NCBI GenBank assembly: GCA_021108395.1
Contig: JAIOQZ010000050.1
Span: 21 to 64,020 of the forward strand
Length of the DNA stretch: 64,000 nt
Direction of reading: 5' to 3'
Source: Candidatus Cloacimonadota bacterium
GTDB taxonomy: Bacteria > Cloacimonadota > Cloacimonadia > Cloacimonadales > JAIOQZ01
The notes beneath the pieces are model-generated. The model was not told the DNA's origin. It searched no databases and worked only from the letters and a program-made list of their open reading frames with translations. Both the position numbers and the translations under genes were made by a program. Numbering within the stretch: the first letter of the stretch is position 1; every line of letters begins with the position of its first letter. This document shows positions 19,622 through 28,566 of the stretch, in pieces.

Positions 19622-20437
19622 ATGATCAACGAACAAACCATAAGCCAATTAAGCAAAATGGCAGTTGAGTATGGCCTGAAATTGTTAGGCGCTGTTGCTG
19701 TTTGGATAATCGGAGCCTGGATCATCAAAGCCATAATGAACGCATTATGCAAAACGATGGACAAGAGAAATACCGATGAGTCGCTCAAACCTTTTCTAAG
19801 GAGCATTGTTGGCATGCTCCTGAAAATCATGCTGGCAATCAGTGTGTTACGCATGCTGGGTATCGAGATGACTTCATTCATCGCCATCCTCGCTGCGATG
19901 GGCCTGGCGGTAGGCATGGCGCTTTCCGGCATGTTGCAGAACTTCGCCGGCGGGGTGATGATTATGATCTTCAAGCCTTTCAAAGTAGGTGACGTGATCG
20001 ATGCACAGGGCTATACCGGCGCTGTGCATGAAATACAAATTCTGAATACCAGCCTGAAAACACTTGATAACAAAGTCATCATCATTCCAAATGGAGGCCT
20101 GTCAACGTCTCCGCTGACAAACTTCACCACAGAAAAGCGAAGAAGAGTTGACTGGACAATTGCAATAGGCTACGGCGACAGCGTTGACAAAGCGAAAGAG
20201 GTTCTCAGGAAACTGTGCGACGAAGATACCCGAATCATGAAAGACCCGGAAGTCTTCATTGCCGTTTCCGAATTAGCCGACAGCTCCGTGAACCTGATAG
20301 TCGGCGCCTGGGTGGATACCGCTGACTACTGGGCGGTGTTCTTCGAGATGAATGAGAAGGTTTACAAGACTTTCGGCGAAGAAGGCCTGCACATTCCATA
20401 TCCTCAAATGGATGTTCATCTTCATAAGGATGCATAG
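19622..20437 (+). CDS. mscS: Small-conductance mechanosensitive channel (MscS family)
   Basis: Three N-terminal TM helices followed by the conserved beta domain FKVGDVIDAQGYTGAVHEIQILNTSLKTLDNKVIIIPNGGL. GGAG SD before the ATG. Confidence 0.9.
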   Translation: MINEQTISQLSKMAVEYGLKLLGAVAVWIIGAWIIKAIMNALCKTMDKRNTDESLKPFLRSIVGMLLKIMLAISVLRMLGIEMTSFIAILAAMGLAVGMALSGMLQNFAGGVMIMIFKPFKVGDVIDAQGYTGAVHEIQILNTSLKTLDNKVIIIPNGGLSTSPLTNFTTEKRRRVDWTIAIGYGDSVDKAKEVLRKLCDEDTRIMKDPEVFIAVSELADSSVNLIVGAWVDTADYWAVFFEMNEKVYKTFGEEGLHIPYPQMDVHLHKDA

Positions 20438-20480
20438 TACAGCAGCCGACTGAGTTCAGGGGCGCTCTTTGCAGCAACAG

Positions 20481-20510
20481 CCCCGGCAGTAGTCGGGGCG
20501 GTTTTTTGTT
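20481..20510 (+). terminator. Rho-independent terminator of mscS
   Basis: CCCCGgcagtagtCGGGG followed by cgGTTTTTTGTT. Confidence 0.7.
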
Positions 20511-20571
20511 GCGGAAACATGCGGCTTGGCAGCGGCATTGCAAGGTATATGGGGTAATAATAAGGAGTTGT

Positions 20572-21087
20572 ATGAAACCGGTTCACAAGACCTGGATTAA
20601 CCCAAAAATCCGAATATGTGATAGTTCGATTCAGGGTAAAGGTATGTTTGCGCTTTCTGATATTCATGAAGATGAGACTCTGATTATTTGGGGTGATTGC
20701 TATACAGACAAAGCAGGTGCGATAATTGCTCAACAACAAGGCAAAGGGATAATGCAATGGGACGACGATGTTTTCAGCTATGAAACATCAGAAAAAAATG
20801 ATGAATATTCGATTAATCATTCTTGTGACCCCAATAGCTGGATGTCTGATGCATTTACCCTGATAGCGAGACGAGCTATTAAAAGCGGAGATGAAATTAC
20901 AGCAGATTATGCTTTATGGGAGACGAATGAGAGCTTCATCTCATCCTGGAATTGCAACTGCGGATCAGAATTATGTCGGGGACAAATAACAGGCAACGAT
21001 TGGAAAAACATTGAATTGCAACGAAGATATGAAGGACATTTCTCTCCATTGATAAATAAACGGATTAGCAAAATCGGATCAATATGA
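20572..21087 (+). CDS. SET-domain protein (putative protein-lysine methyltransferase) with a post-SET Cys cluster
   Basis: NHSCDPN, GDEITADY and CNCGSELC motifs. AAGGAG SD before the ATG at 20572; the ORF-track start at 20506 overlaps the mscS terminator. AT-richer than the core genes. Confidence 0.8.
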   Translation: MKPVHKTWINPKIRICDSSIQGKGMFALSDIHEDETLIIWGDCYTDKAGAIIAQQQGKGIMQWDDDVFSYETSEKNDEYSINHSCDPNSWMSDAFTLIARRAIKSGDEITADYALWETNESFISSWNCNCGSELCRGQITGNDWKNIELQRRYEGHFSPLINKRISKIGSI

Positions 21088-21127
21088 ATTAACCATAGGC
21101 ATTTTCCAGAGACGATAAGGTATAGTA

Positions 21128-21158
21128 GCGAAAACCCCGGCCTGCGCCGGGGTTTCGC
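21128..21158. terminator. Bidirectional terminator hairpin between convergent genes
   Basis: GCGAAAACCCCGG cctgcg CCGGGGTTTCGC. Confidence 0.6.
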
Positions 21159-21171
21159 TTGCGTGGTATGA

Positions 21172-21780
21172 TTAAAAGTCTGCGCCGCCCATTGCTTTGA
21201 GCTTCTCCATGGCGCGATCCAGCAGCTTCTGTTCGCGCTCGTCCTCAATTGCCTTGCGCTGTTTCTCCAGCAAGTCCATCGCCACCTCCACCGCGTATTC
21301 GCGGGGGACCATGTAGCGACAGTAAACGGTGTAGTAGTAGCGCAGTTCTCCATCGACATTCTTCAGGAACTTCTGCACGAAATATTCCTCGACCTCACCC
21401 GAGGTGATGCCGGCCGTCTCGATGCGCGTCATCTCGTCGCTCACGATGCCCGCGGAGAAGATGTCGTGGCTCATGTCGGCTTGCGAGGCGACCTCTTCGA
21501 GCTTGGTCTTCACATACACGCCCAGCGCTTCGACAGCCTGTTTGAAGGCATCGCGGCGGGCGTCGGTGCGGGCGTCCTGCTCCATGCTGCGCTGACGCGA
21601 CACCCCCACGAAGGCGCGGGCGTCGTCGGTGGAAGCTTTTTCCGGGTTGTCGGCCCAGTTGGGCGTTTTTTCCATGCTCACCTGGCGGACTTCACCCGGA
21701 GCGAGAGCTTTTTTGTGGCAGGCGGCAAGCCCCAGAAGCAGGGCTGTGGCCAACAAAAGACAAACAAGAGTACGATTCAT
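21172..21780 (-). CDS. Lipoprotein of unknown function (possibly LPP20-like)
   Basis: Signal peptide with lipobox LGLAAC. Charged, helix-rich mature part. Confidence 0.7.
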   Translation of the reverse strand: MNRTLVCLLLATALLLGLAACHKKALAPGEVRQVSMEKTPNWADNPEKASTDDARAFVGVSRQRSMEQDARTDARRDAFKQAVEALGVYVKTKLEEVASQADMSHDIFSAGIVSDEMTRIETAGITSGEVEEYFVQKFLKNVDGELRYYYTVYCRYMVPREYAVEVAMDLLEKQRKAIEDEREQKLLDRAMEKLKAMGGADF

Positions 21781-21846
21781 ACTACCTCCCGTAGTAATAG
21801 CGGATTATGTTTCACCTTGTTCAAATGCAATCGATATGCCATTGGC

Positions 21847-22587
21847 TCAAGGGCCGCCGCAATCGAACAGTTCTTCGGCGCGGACGAGATCGTTGGGGGT
21901 GTCGATGCCGATGCCGCGGTAGTCGGTGGCCACCATGCGAATAGGAATGCCGTGTTCGAGCAGGCGAAGCTGCTCGAGCTTCTCGGTTTCCTCGAGCCGA
22001 CCATGCGGCAGATGCACAAACCGCAGCAGCGTCTGCCGACGATAGGCATATACCCCGATGTGCACATAGCAGTGCGAGTGGCAGCCCATGTCGCGTCCAT
22101 AGGGGATGGCAGCCCGCGAGAAGTAGAGCGCGTCGCCGTTGCAGGCGCACACCACCTTGACGCGGTTGGGGTCGTGCAAAGCGGTTTCGTCCTGCAAATG
22201 GTGCATGAGCGAGGCGACCTGCACGTCAGGGTCATCAAAGGCGGCCAGCAAATCCCGCAGCGGCGCGGCGGTGAGAAACGGCTCGTCGCCCTGCACGTTG
22301 ACGATGATGTCGGCGTTCAATTCGCCGGCGACCTCGGCCACGCGGTCACTGCCGCTGGCGTGCCGAGGCGAGGTCATGGCCACATTGCCGCCGAACGCTT
22401 TCACGGCGTCGGCGACGCGTTGGTCGTCGGTGGCTACCACAGCCTCGTCGAACAACCCGCTGCTGTGCACCGCGTCCCACACATGCTCGATGACCAGCCT
22501 GCCGGCCAGTCGGGCCAGGGGCTTGCCGGGGAAGCGGGTCGATGCCCAGCGAGCGGGAATGACAGCGGCGGCTCGCAATGCGCTCAT
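21847..22587 (-). CDS. kdsB: 3-deoxy-manno-octulosonate cytidylyltransferase (CMP-KDO synthetase)
   Basis: AVIPARWASTRFPGKPL, VATDD, GSDR, VNVQGDEP and HIGVYAYR motifs typical of KdsB. Confidence 0.9.
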   Translation of the reverse strand: MSALRAAAVIPARWASTRFPGKPLARLAGRLVIEHVWDAVHSSGLFDEAVVATDDQRVADAVKAFGGNVAMTSPRHASGSDRVAEVAGELNADIIVNVQGDEPFLTAAPLRDLLAAFDDPDVQVASLMHHLQDETALHDPNRVKVVCACNGDALYFSRAAIPYGRDMGCHSHCYVHIGVYAYRRQTLLRFVHLPHGRLEETEKLEQLRLLEHGIPIRMVATDYRGIGIDTPNDLVRAEELFDCGGP

Positions 22588-23438
22588 TGCATCCTCAATT
22601 GGGCGAACACCTCGTAGCTGTAAAGTCCGTCGGTGGATTTACGGTTCACATGCAGCCGGTATATGAACACCTCCCCCATCTCGACGACGGTCTCCATCGA
22701 CACAGCCTTGCGCCCGATGCTGCGCTCTCCCGTGGCGTCGCCCTCCACAGTCTGAAAGCTCACCTCGCCATGCACGTCGAGCTTGCGGTAACGCGAAAGC
22801 TGCACCCGCGCACCGGCCACGGCGAGATCCACCGCGTTGACGAGGTCGGCGGTGCCGGCGCGATGCGTCGAAACGATGGCGCCGTCCAGCGGGAACACCA
22901 GGTCGCCTTCGTACCATTCGGGCGACACTGTGGGCGGAAAGCGTTGCGCCTCTCCAAAGTCACCGGCACCGGTGCGGCCATGCGCGAACAGCGCCAGATA
23001 GTAGCCATCAAAGCGGTGCTCGGCGACGAGCCGCAGGCGGTCGCACTGCTGCCGCAGGTCTGTTTGCGAAGTGACAAGAACTGCAAAGCGCGCTGTGTCC
23101 TCGGTAGAGTCTATGTCGTTGTCGCGCAGCACCATGATGAATTTATTGACGTTGTAAGAACTGATGTTGCGCGCTCGGCAGACGGCGGCGTATTCCTGCG
23201 CGGCGCGGCGCATGGCGGTCTCGTCGGCGCTGGCGCGGGCGATGCCCAGACTGTAGAAATTGTCGGCTGGGGGCGAGACAAACCACGCCGGCAGCTCGAC
23301 CGGCGGGTTGTGCGGCACGGGCATCTCGAGGCCGGTGCGCCCGTCATCGGCCAGGGTGGGCGGACGGTTGATGTGGCTTGACTGCGTTGCACAGCCCATG
23401 AGCGCCAGAATAATGATTAGCATGGTTAGTTGTTTCAT
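22584..23438 (-). CDS. Lipoprotein of unknown function, overlapping the kdsB start by 4 nt
   Basis: MKQLTMLIIILALMGC lipobox at the internal ATG 23438. Its stop overlaps the kdsB ATG (ATGA-type coupling). Confidence 0.7.
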   Translation of the reverse strand: MKQLTMLIIILALMGCATQSSHINRPPTLADDGRTGLEMPVPHNPPVELPAWFVSPPADNFYSLGIARASADETAMRRAAQEYAAVCRARNISSYNVNKFIMVLRDNDIDSTEDTARFAVLVTSQTDLRQQCDRLRLVAEHRFDGYYLALFAHGRTGAGDFGEAQRFPPTVSPEWYEGDLVFPLDGAIVSTHRAGTADLVNAVDLAVAGARVQLSRYRKLDVHGEVSFQTVEGDATGERSIGRKAVSMETVVEMGEVFIYRLHVNRKSTDGLYSYEVFAQLRMQ

Positions 23439-23528
23439 GTTGCCTCTTCTATTTTGATTATACACTACTTACAAATGATTACCTTTCTACAACAGGAACA
23501 CTGTAACGCTCGTTCCTCACTTGGCATG

Positions 23529-24920
23529 CTATTTCACCAGTACCACCTTGCCGGTGGCAATGGCTTTGTTCTTAGCTTGAAGCCTACACAAGTACACGCC
23601 CGAGGCCACAAGTTGACCTTCTTCATTCCGACCATCCCAACCTGTGCTTTGCTTGCCTTTGACCCGGTAGCCTAAGTCCATCCGGCGCACCTTCTGGCCA
23701 CGGCAGTTAAAGATATCAATGATCACCTCACCGCTCTCGGGCAGCTCGAATGAGAAGACCGTGCTGTTCCTGAAGGGATTAGGGTAGTTGCTCAGTCGGG
23801 TTTCAATGGCTTGTTCCGGTTCGGGTGGCAGCGGGTCGGATACAAAATGACCGGTTCCGTCGTTGTATACAACACCAACAGATGCAGTACCTCCCGTACC
23901 GACAATGTCAATCGTACCGTTTCCATCCATATCGGCAAAACTCATTGGATTGCACTCTAAATATGTGGTGTCTGGAATTGAAAACTCCAGCTCTCCCAGA
24001 TTGAACATCATCATATTGCCGAATAGCATGTCGTTGAGGCCATTGCCGTCGAAGTCTTTGACACCGATGAAGCCGGCGTCATCGTCATACTGATATGTGT
24101 AGTCCAGGGTGAACGCACCTGCGCCATCGTTGCAGAAAATGGCAATGCGGACCGCCCCCATTCCCGTTGCAGCGACAATATCCAGATCGCCGTCGTTGTC
24201 CATATCGCTGAAGTCTACCATCATCATCGTATGAGGGGGTTCGATGGAGCTTGAGTTCCAGACTCCATCCTCAAAATCGAAGATCTCGAGCGTTGTACCA
24301 GTGACCAATACTTCATCTCGAGAATCGCCGTCGATATCGCCAACAATTACTTGCTGTCGCGGATTATCTAAGTCGAAGTACTGTGGAGGTGACAAAGACT
24401 CGCCTTGACTCATCAAGAACCCAACTTTTCTGAATGGGCTTGTATTAATCACAACATCGTCTCCATACAATCCATCAAAGTTCCCTGTGGCGAGTCCCCT
24501 TACTGCGAGATCATTATTGAACCGTATCGTATCGATGCTGGAGTAGCCGTGAAGAAAGTAGTCGTAGATACAAGATACGTATCGAGCTTCACTCTGGCCA
24601 GAATCAGTTAACAAGTACGATATCGTAATGATATCCGGGTACTCGTTGTCATTAATGAAGGCTGTGGTAACATGATCGTGGTGGCAAGCCATATAGCATG
24701 AGTCCTGCAGCGTCAATACACCATTCCCCTCATTGATGAACACCGAAATCCCTCTCCAGCTATCGAATGGAACAGGCCTTGAAGATGCCACAACATCAGG
24801 ATAGCCATCAAGGTTGAGATCGGCAATGGCTGTCGACTCAATGTAATATGGCGCACGGAAACGCATGCCGCTGAGGCCAACCGCCAGCAGGCAAAATACG
24901 ATGAGAAGCGTTCGTTTCAT
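23529..24920 (-). CDS. FG-GAP/VCBS-repeat secreted protein with a C-terminal T9SS-type sorting domain
   Basis: Signal peptide MKRTLLIVFCLLAVGLSG at ATG 24920. Repeats DLNLDGYPDVV, GDIDGDSRDEVL, MDNDGDLDIV, DMDGNGTIDIV. C-terminus is NYPNPFRNSTVFSFEL...SGVYLCRL...VVLVK. Confidence 0.8.
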   Translation of the reverse strand: MKRTLLIVFCLLAVGLSGMRFRAPYYIESTAIADLNLDGYPDVVASSRPVPFDSWRGISVFINEGNGVLTLQDSCYMACHHDHVTTAFINDNEYPDIITISYLLTDSGQSEARYVSCIYDYFLHGYSSIDTIRFNNDLAVRGLATGNFDGLYGDDVVINTSPFRKVGFLMSQGESLSPPQYFDLDNPRQQVIVGDIDGDSRDEVLVTGTTLEIFDFEDGVWNSSSIEPPHTMMMVDFSDMDNDGDLDIVAATGMGAVRIAIFCNDGAGAFTLDYTYQYDDDAGFIGVKDFDGNGLNDMLFGNMMMFNLGELEFSIPDTTYLECNPMSFADMDGNGTIDIVGTGGTASVGVVYNDGTGHFVSDPLPPEPEQAIETRLSNYPNPFRNSTVFSFELPESGEVIIDIFNCRGQKVRRMDLGYRVKGKQSTGWDGRNEEGQLVASGVYLCRLQAKNKAIATGKVVLVK

Positions 24921-24976
24921 GGCGCCTCGGTTATGTTGGTTTTCACACTCCAATTCAGCAAATGCGATTCCCCCCT

Positions 24977-25055
24977 GGCCGGAGTACCGGCCTTCCCCCC
25001 TACACAGGGGGAGGATTCGCGATTTCATCGCGACGGGCAGACTCGGGGGGCTGCC
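24977..25055. repeat. Cluster of four short GC-rich hairpins (REP-like) between the mnmG stop and the FG-GAP gene start
   Basis: GGCCGGagtaCCGGCC; CCCCCTacacAGGGGG; TCGCGAtttcaTCGCGA; GGCAG...CTGCC. Confidence 0.4.
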
Positions 25056-25080
25056 CCTACGAAGACAGGCTGGCGGCGCC

Positions 25081-26913
25081 CTAAACACGCTGTGCGTGCT
25101 TCTTCAGCCACACCATCAGCGCGACAATATCTGTGTGGTTCACCCCGGCGATGCGGGCGGCCTGGCCCAGTGAGCGCGGCTGCATGCGTTGCAGCTTCTC
25201 CCGCGCTTCCCAGGCAATGGTCTCGATGCCCATGTATTCTACATCGGGCGGGATGAGGCGGTGTTCCATCTCCTCGAAACGGGCGATGTCCTGTCGCTGA
25301 CGGGCCAGATAGCCCTCATATTTTATCTCTATGCGCAGCCGGTTCCAGATGTCCTGGCTCACATCGTCGGGAAGAACATAGCCCAGGCGCGGCAGGTCAC
25401 TGATGTCGAGGTTGGGGCGCTTGAGCAGCTTGTAGAGCCGCGTGGGTTCTGGGATGTCATCAGTCGGCGTGCTGTTGGTGGATTGCAGGCGCTGTGTCTC
25501 GCGCCGCTTGAGGTGCGACATGCGCTGGAACGCCTGCCAGCGGGTGTCGCTGAGTAACCCCAACTCGCGGCCTGTTGGCATGAGGCGTTCGTCGGCGTTG
25601 TCCTGTCGCAGAAAGAGGCGGTATTCGGCGCGGGAGGTGAACAGCCGGTATGGTTCGGAGGCGCCCCGCGTCACCAGGTCGTCGATGAGTACGCCGATGT
25701 AGCTGTGGGCGCGGTCGAAGATTATCTCGCCCTGCCCGCCCAGAGTGCACACGGCGTTCACGGCAGCCACAAGCCCCTGCGCGGCGGCTTCCTCATAGCC
25801 CGATGTACCGTTTATCTGTCCGGCGATATACAGCCCTTCGATGGCTCGGCATTGCAGCGTGAGGTCAATCTGCCCGGGCTCGACGAGGTCGTACTCGATG
25901 GCGTAGCCATAGCGCATCACACGGGCTTGTTCGAGGCCTGGAATGGTGGCGAGAAAGGCCGACTGCACCGCAGGCGGCAGGCTATTGCTCACGCCGTTCA
26001 CATAGGCCTCGTGCGTGTGCGTGCCCTCCGGCTCGATGAATACCTGATGGCGCTGCCTGGCGGCGAACTTGACGATCTTGTCCTCGATGGAGGGGCAATA
26101 GCGCGGCCCCGTGCCGCTGATGCGCCCGCCATACAGTGCGCTGCGCTCCAGCGCCTCACGGATGATGTCGTGAGTTTCGGGGCGGGTGCCGGTGAGCCAG
26201 CAGCTCACCAGGTTGCGAGGCTTGATGTCGCGGTAGTAGCTGAATCCCTGCGGATCGGGATCGCCGGGCTGTTCCTCGCAGCATGACAGATCGACGGTGC
26301 GCAGGTCAACGCGGGGTGGCGTGCCGGTCTTGAACCGCACCAGCCGCAGTCCCAGCGCTTCGAGTGAGGTGGACAATTCGCAGGCCGCCGGTTCGCCCGA
26401 ACGCCCACCGGCAAAAGCGACATCGCCCACATGGATGGTTCCGCGCAGAAACGTGCCGCAGGCAAGGATGACACGCGGTGCGAGATAGTCCTCACCAAGC
26501 TGCGAACGCACTCCGCGCACGTTACCGTTTTCTGTCAGCACGTCGTCCACCGCGCTTTCCTTGATGTCGAGCCTGTCCTGCGCTTCGAGCGCCTTGCGCA
26601 TCTCGACGCCGTAGAAGAGGCGGTCGTTCTGAGCGCGGGGCGCCCACACAGCCGGGCCTTTGGCGCGGTTGAGCATGCGAAACTGGATGCCGGTGAGATC
26701 GGCCACGCGGCCCATCTCGCCGCCCAGCGCGTCAATCTCGCGGACGAGGTGGCCTTTGGCAGGCCCGCCCACTGAGGGGTTGCAGCTCATGCGGCCAATT
26801 GCTTCGAGCTTGATGGTGAACAGCAGTGTGCGGGCGCCCATGCGAGCCGCGGCCAGCGCGGCCTCGACACCGGCGTGCCCAGCGCCCACAACGATTACAT
26901 CGTATTCGTTCAC
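25081..26913 (-). CDS. mnmG: tRNA uridine 5-carboxymethylaminomethyl modification enzyme MnmG (GidA)
   Basis: YDVIVVGAGHAGVEAALAAARMG, MSCNPSVGGPAKGHLVREIDALGG, and a full-length GidA-like sequence. GTG at 26913 with a GAGGGAG SD is preferred over the TTG at 26928. Confidence 0.95.
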   Translation of the reverse strand: MNEYDVIVVGAGHAGVEAALAAARMGARTLLFTIKLEAIGRMSCNPSVGGPAKGHLVREIDALGGEMGRVADLTGIQFRMLNRAKGPAVWAPRAQNDRLFYGVEMRKALEAQDRLDIKESAVDDVLTENGNVRGVRSQLGEDYLAPRVILACGTFLRGTIHVGDVAFAGGRSGEPAACELSTSLEALGLRLVRFKTGTPPRVDLRTVDLSCCEEQPGDPDPQGFSYYRDIKPRNLVSCWLTGTRPETHDIIREALERSALYGGRISGTGPRYCPSIEDKIVKFAARQRHQVFIEPEGTHTHEAYVNGVSNSLPPAVQSAFLATIPGLEQARVMRYGYAIEYDLVEPGQIDLTLQCRAIEGLYIAGQINGTSGYEEAAAQGLVAAVNAVCTLGGQGEIIFDRAHSYIGVLIDDLVTRGASEPYRLFTSRAEYRLFLRQDNADERLMPTGRELGLLSDTRWQAFQRMSHLKRRETQRLQSTNSTPTDDIPEPTRLYKLLKRPNLDISDLPRLGYVLPDDVSQDIWNRLRIEIKYEGYLARQRQDIARFEEMEHRLIPPDVEYMGIETIAWEAREKLQRMQPRSLGQAARIAGVNHTDIVALMVWLKKHAQRV

Positions 26914-27253
26914 CTGATTCTCCCTCAATGTAATTACCCCAGTATGTTAACATGAAGAATGCGCAGTGTTCTGTCAAAACAAAAGTGCTGACAGACGCTG
27001 ACGAATGCAAGTCCACAAGTGAGCCGGTATTTTTCTTTCAGCCTGAATCGCATGAATAATCGGTGGGAAACCCGAATAATCGTTGACGGTTCGCGCTGAT
27101 TACCGGTTTATTGTCACCCCCAATATGATAAACTGGGAAAGGAAATCATATGACGGCATCATTGCTTCCTATGGAAGATTGTTTTCACATTTCGCAGGAA
27201 ACGGGTAGCCGGTTCTAACGGAAGACAAGTAACAACATACACAAGGAGTACAC

Positions 27254-28489
27254 ATGGCACGCAAGAGAACCACTATCATCAAGGCAAACGTGTTGTTCGA
27301 CGGCGAAAAGCTGCACGAGAACAAGTTCATCACGCTGTATGGTAACGAAATCCAGTCCATCGACGACTCCGCCCCGAAGCATCACGTCGAGGGGTGGGTA
27401 ACGCCGGCGTTCATCGACGCTCACTCGCACATTGGCATGGACCGCGACGGCGAGCCGTTTCAGGAAGCAGAGGTGAACGATTACATCGACCAGATCACCC
27501 CGCTGCTCAACCCCATCGACAGCATTTACTGGGACGACCGCGCCTTCCACGACGCCGTTGACTTCGGCGTACTCTATAGCTGCGTTATTCCCGGCAGCGG
27601 CAACCTGCTGGGCGGCAAGGCGATGATCATCCGCAACTTCGCCGCCAACCGCGATGAAGCGCTGGTCGAGCACTACGGCTATAAGATGGCCCTGGGCTAC
27701 AACCCCCGCAGCACGACAGACTGGAAAGGCAAACGCTGCAACACCCGCATGGGCGTCTATGCCCAGCTCGAAGCGAAGTTCGACGAGGCGCTGCAAAAAA
27801 AGGCCAAAGCCGACCTGAAGCACGAAAAGGCGATGTATGAGCTTGAGCGCAAACTCAAGAAGCCCAAAAAGGTGACCAGAAAGGAATTCGCGCAGGAAAA
27901 GGCGATGCTGGAGCGCGAATACGAGCTTGGGTTCACACCCGAAGAGCGCGCCCTGCTTGAGCTGCTGTCCGGCGAAAAGACAGCCAAGGTGCACGTTCAC
28001 AAGGACGATGACGTGCTCTATCTCATTCACCTGTGCAAGAAGTATGGACTCAAGGTGACCGCCGAGCACACCTGCGATGTGTTCCACACCAAAACATTCA
28101 ACGCCCTGGCCAAAGCCGGCATTCCGGTGGTGTACGGTCCGCTGGGCACAGTGGGCTACAAGGTGGAGCTGAAGCATATGCTCTACACAAACGCCAAGCT
28201 GCTGATGGACTCGAACGCCGACTACGGCCTGATGACCGACCACAGCGTCATTCACACGATTTCGTTGCGCGAATCGCTGAAGTTCTTCCTCATCCAGGGG
28301 ATGAGCGAAGCGGAGGCGCTGTCCATCATCACCAAGAAGAACGCCCGCATCCTCGGCATCGATGACCGCCTGGGCAGCATCGAGCCGGGCAAGCTGGCCA
28401 GCGTGGTTGTGTGGGATCGCAATCCGCTGCACCTGGCGGCCTTCCCGAAGATGGTTATCGGCGAAGGCGCTATCCTGCGGCAGAAGTAG
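27254..28489 (+). CDS. Amidohydrolase-family metallohydrolase
   Basis: TPAFIDAHSHIG metal-binding motif and a C-terminal GSIEPGKLASVVVWD. AAGGAG SD. Confidence 0.8.
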   Translation: MARKRTTIIKANVLFDGEKLHENKFITLYGNEIQSIDDSAPKHHVEGWVTPAFIDAHSHIGMDRDGEPFQEAEVNDYIDQITPLLNPIDSIYWDDRAFHDAVDFGVLYSCVIPGSGNLLGGKAMIIRNFAANRDEALVEHYGYKMALGYNPRSTTDWKGKRCNTRMGVYAQLEAKFDEALQKKAKADLKHEKAMYELERKLKKPKKVTRKEFAQEKAMLEREYELGFTPEERALLELLSGEKTAKVHVHKDDDVLYLIHLCKKYGLKVTAEHTCDVFHTKTFNALAKAGIPVVYGPLGTVGYKVELKHMLYTNAKLLMDSNADYGLMTDHSVIHTISLRESLKFFLIQGMSEAEALSIITKKNARILGIDDRLGSIEPGKLASVVVWDRNPLHLAAFPKMVIGEGAILRQK

Positions 28490-28566
28490 GCTGGTTACTA
28501 TTGGGGCATCCGTTGGGGGTGCCCCGAATTGTAACGGTGAACAATGCACACAAACAGGAGTCAACC

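Noticed and set aside
21466-23381. Plus-strand ORFs 21466..22617 (383 aa) and 22578..23381 (267 aa)
   Set aside because: They are antisense to kdsB and the lipoprotein gene, with biased composition and no motifs.
27215-28564. Minus-strand ORF of 449 aa
   Set aside because: It is the antisense shadow of the amidohydrolase gene, which has clear metal-binding motifs and an SD.
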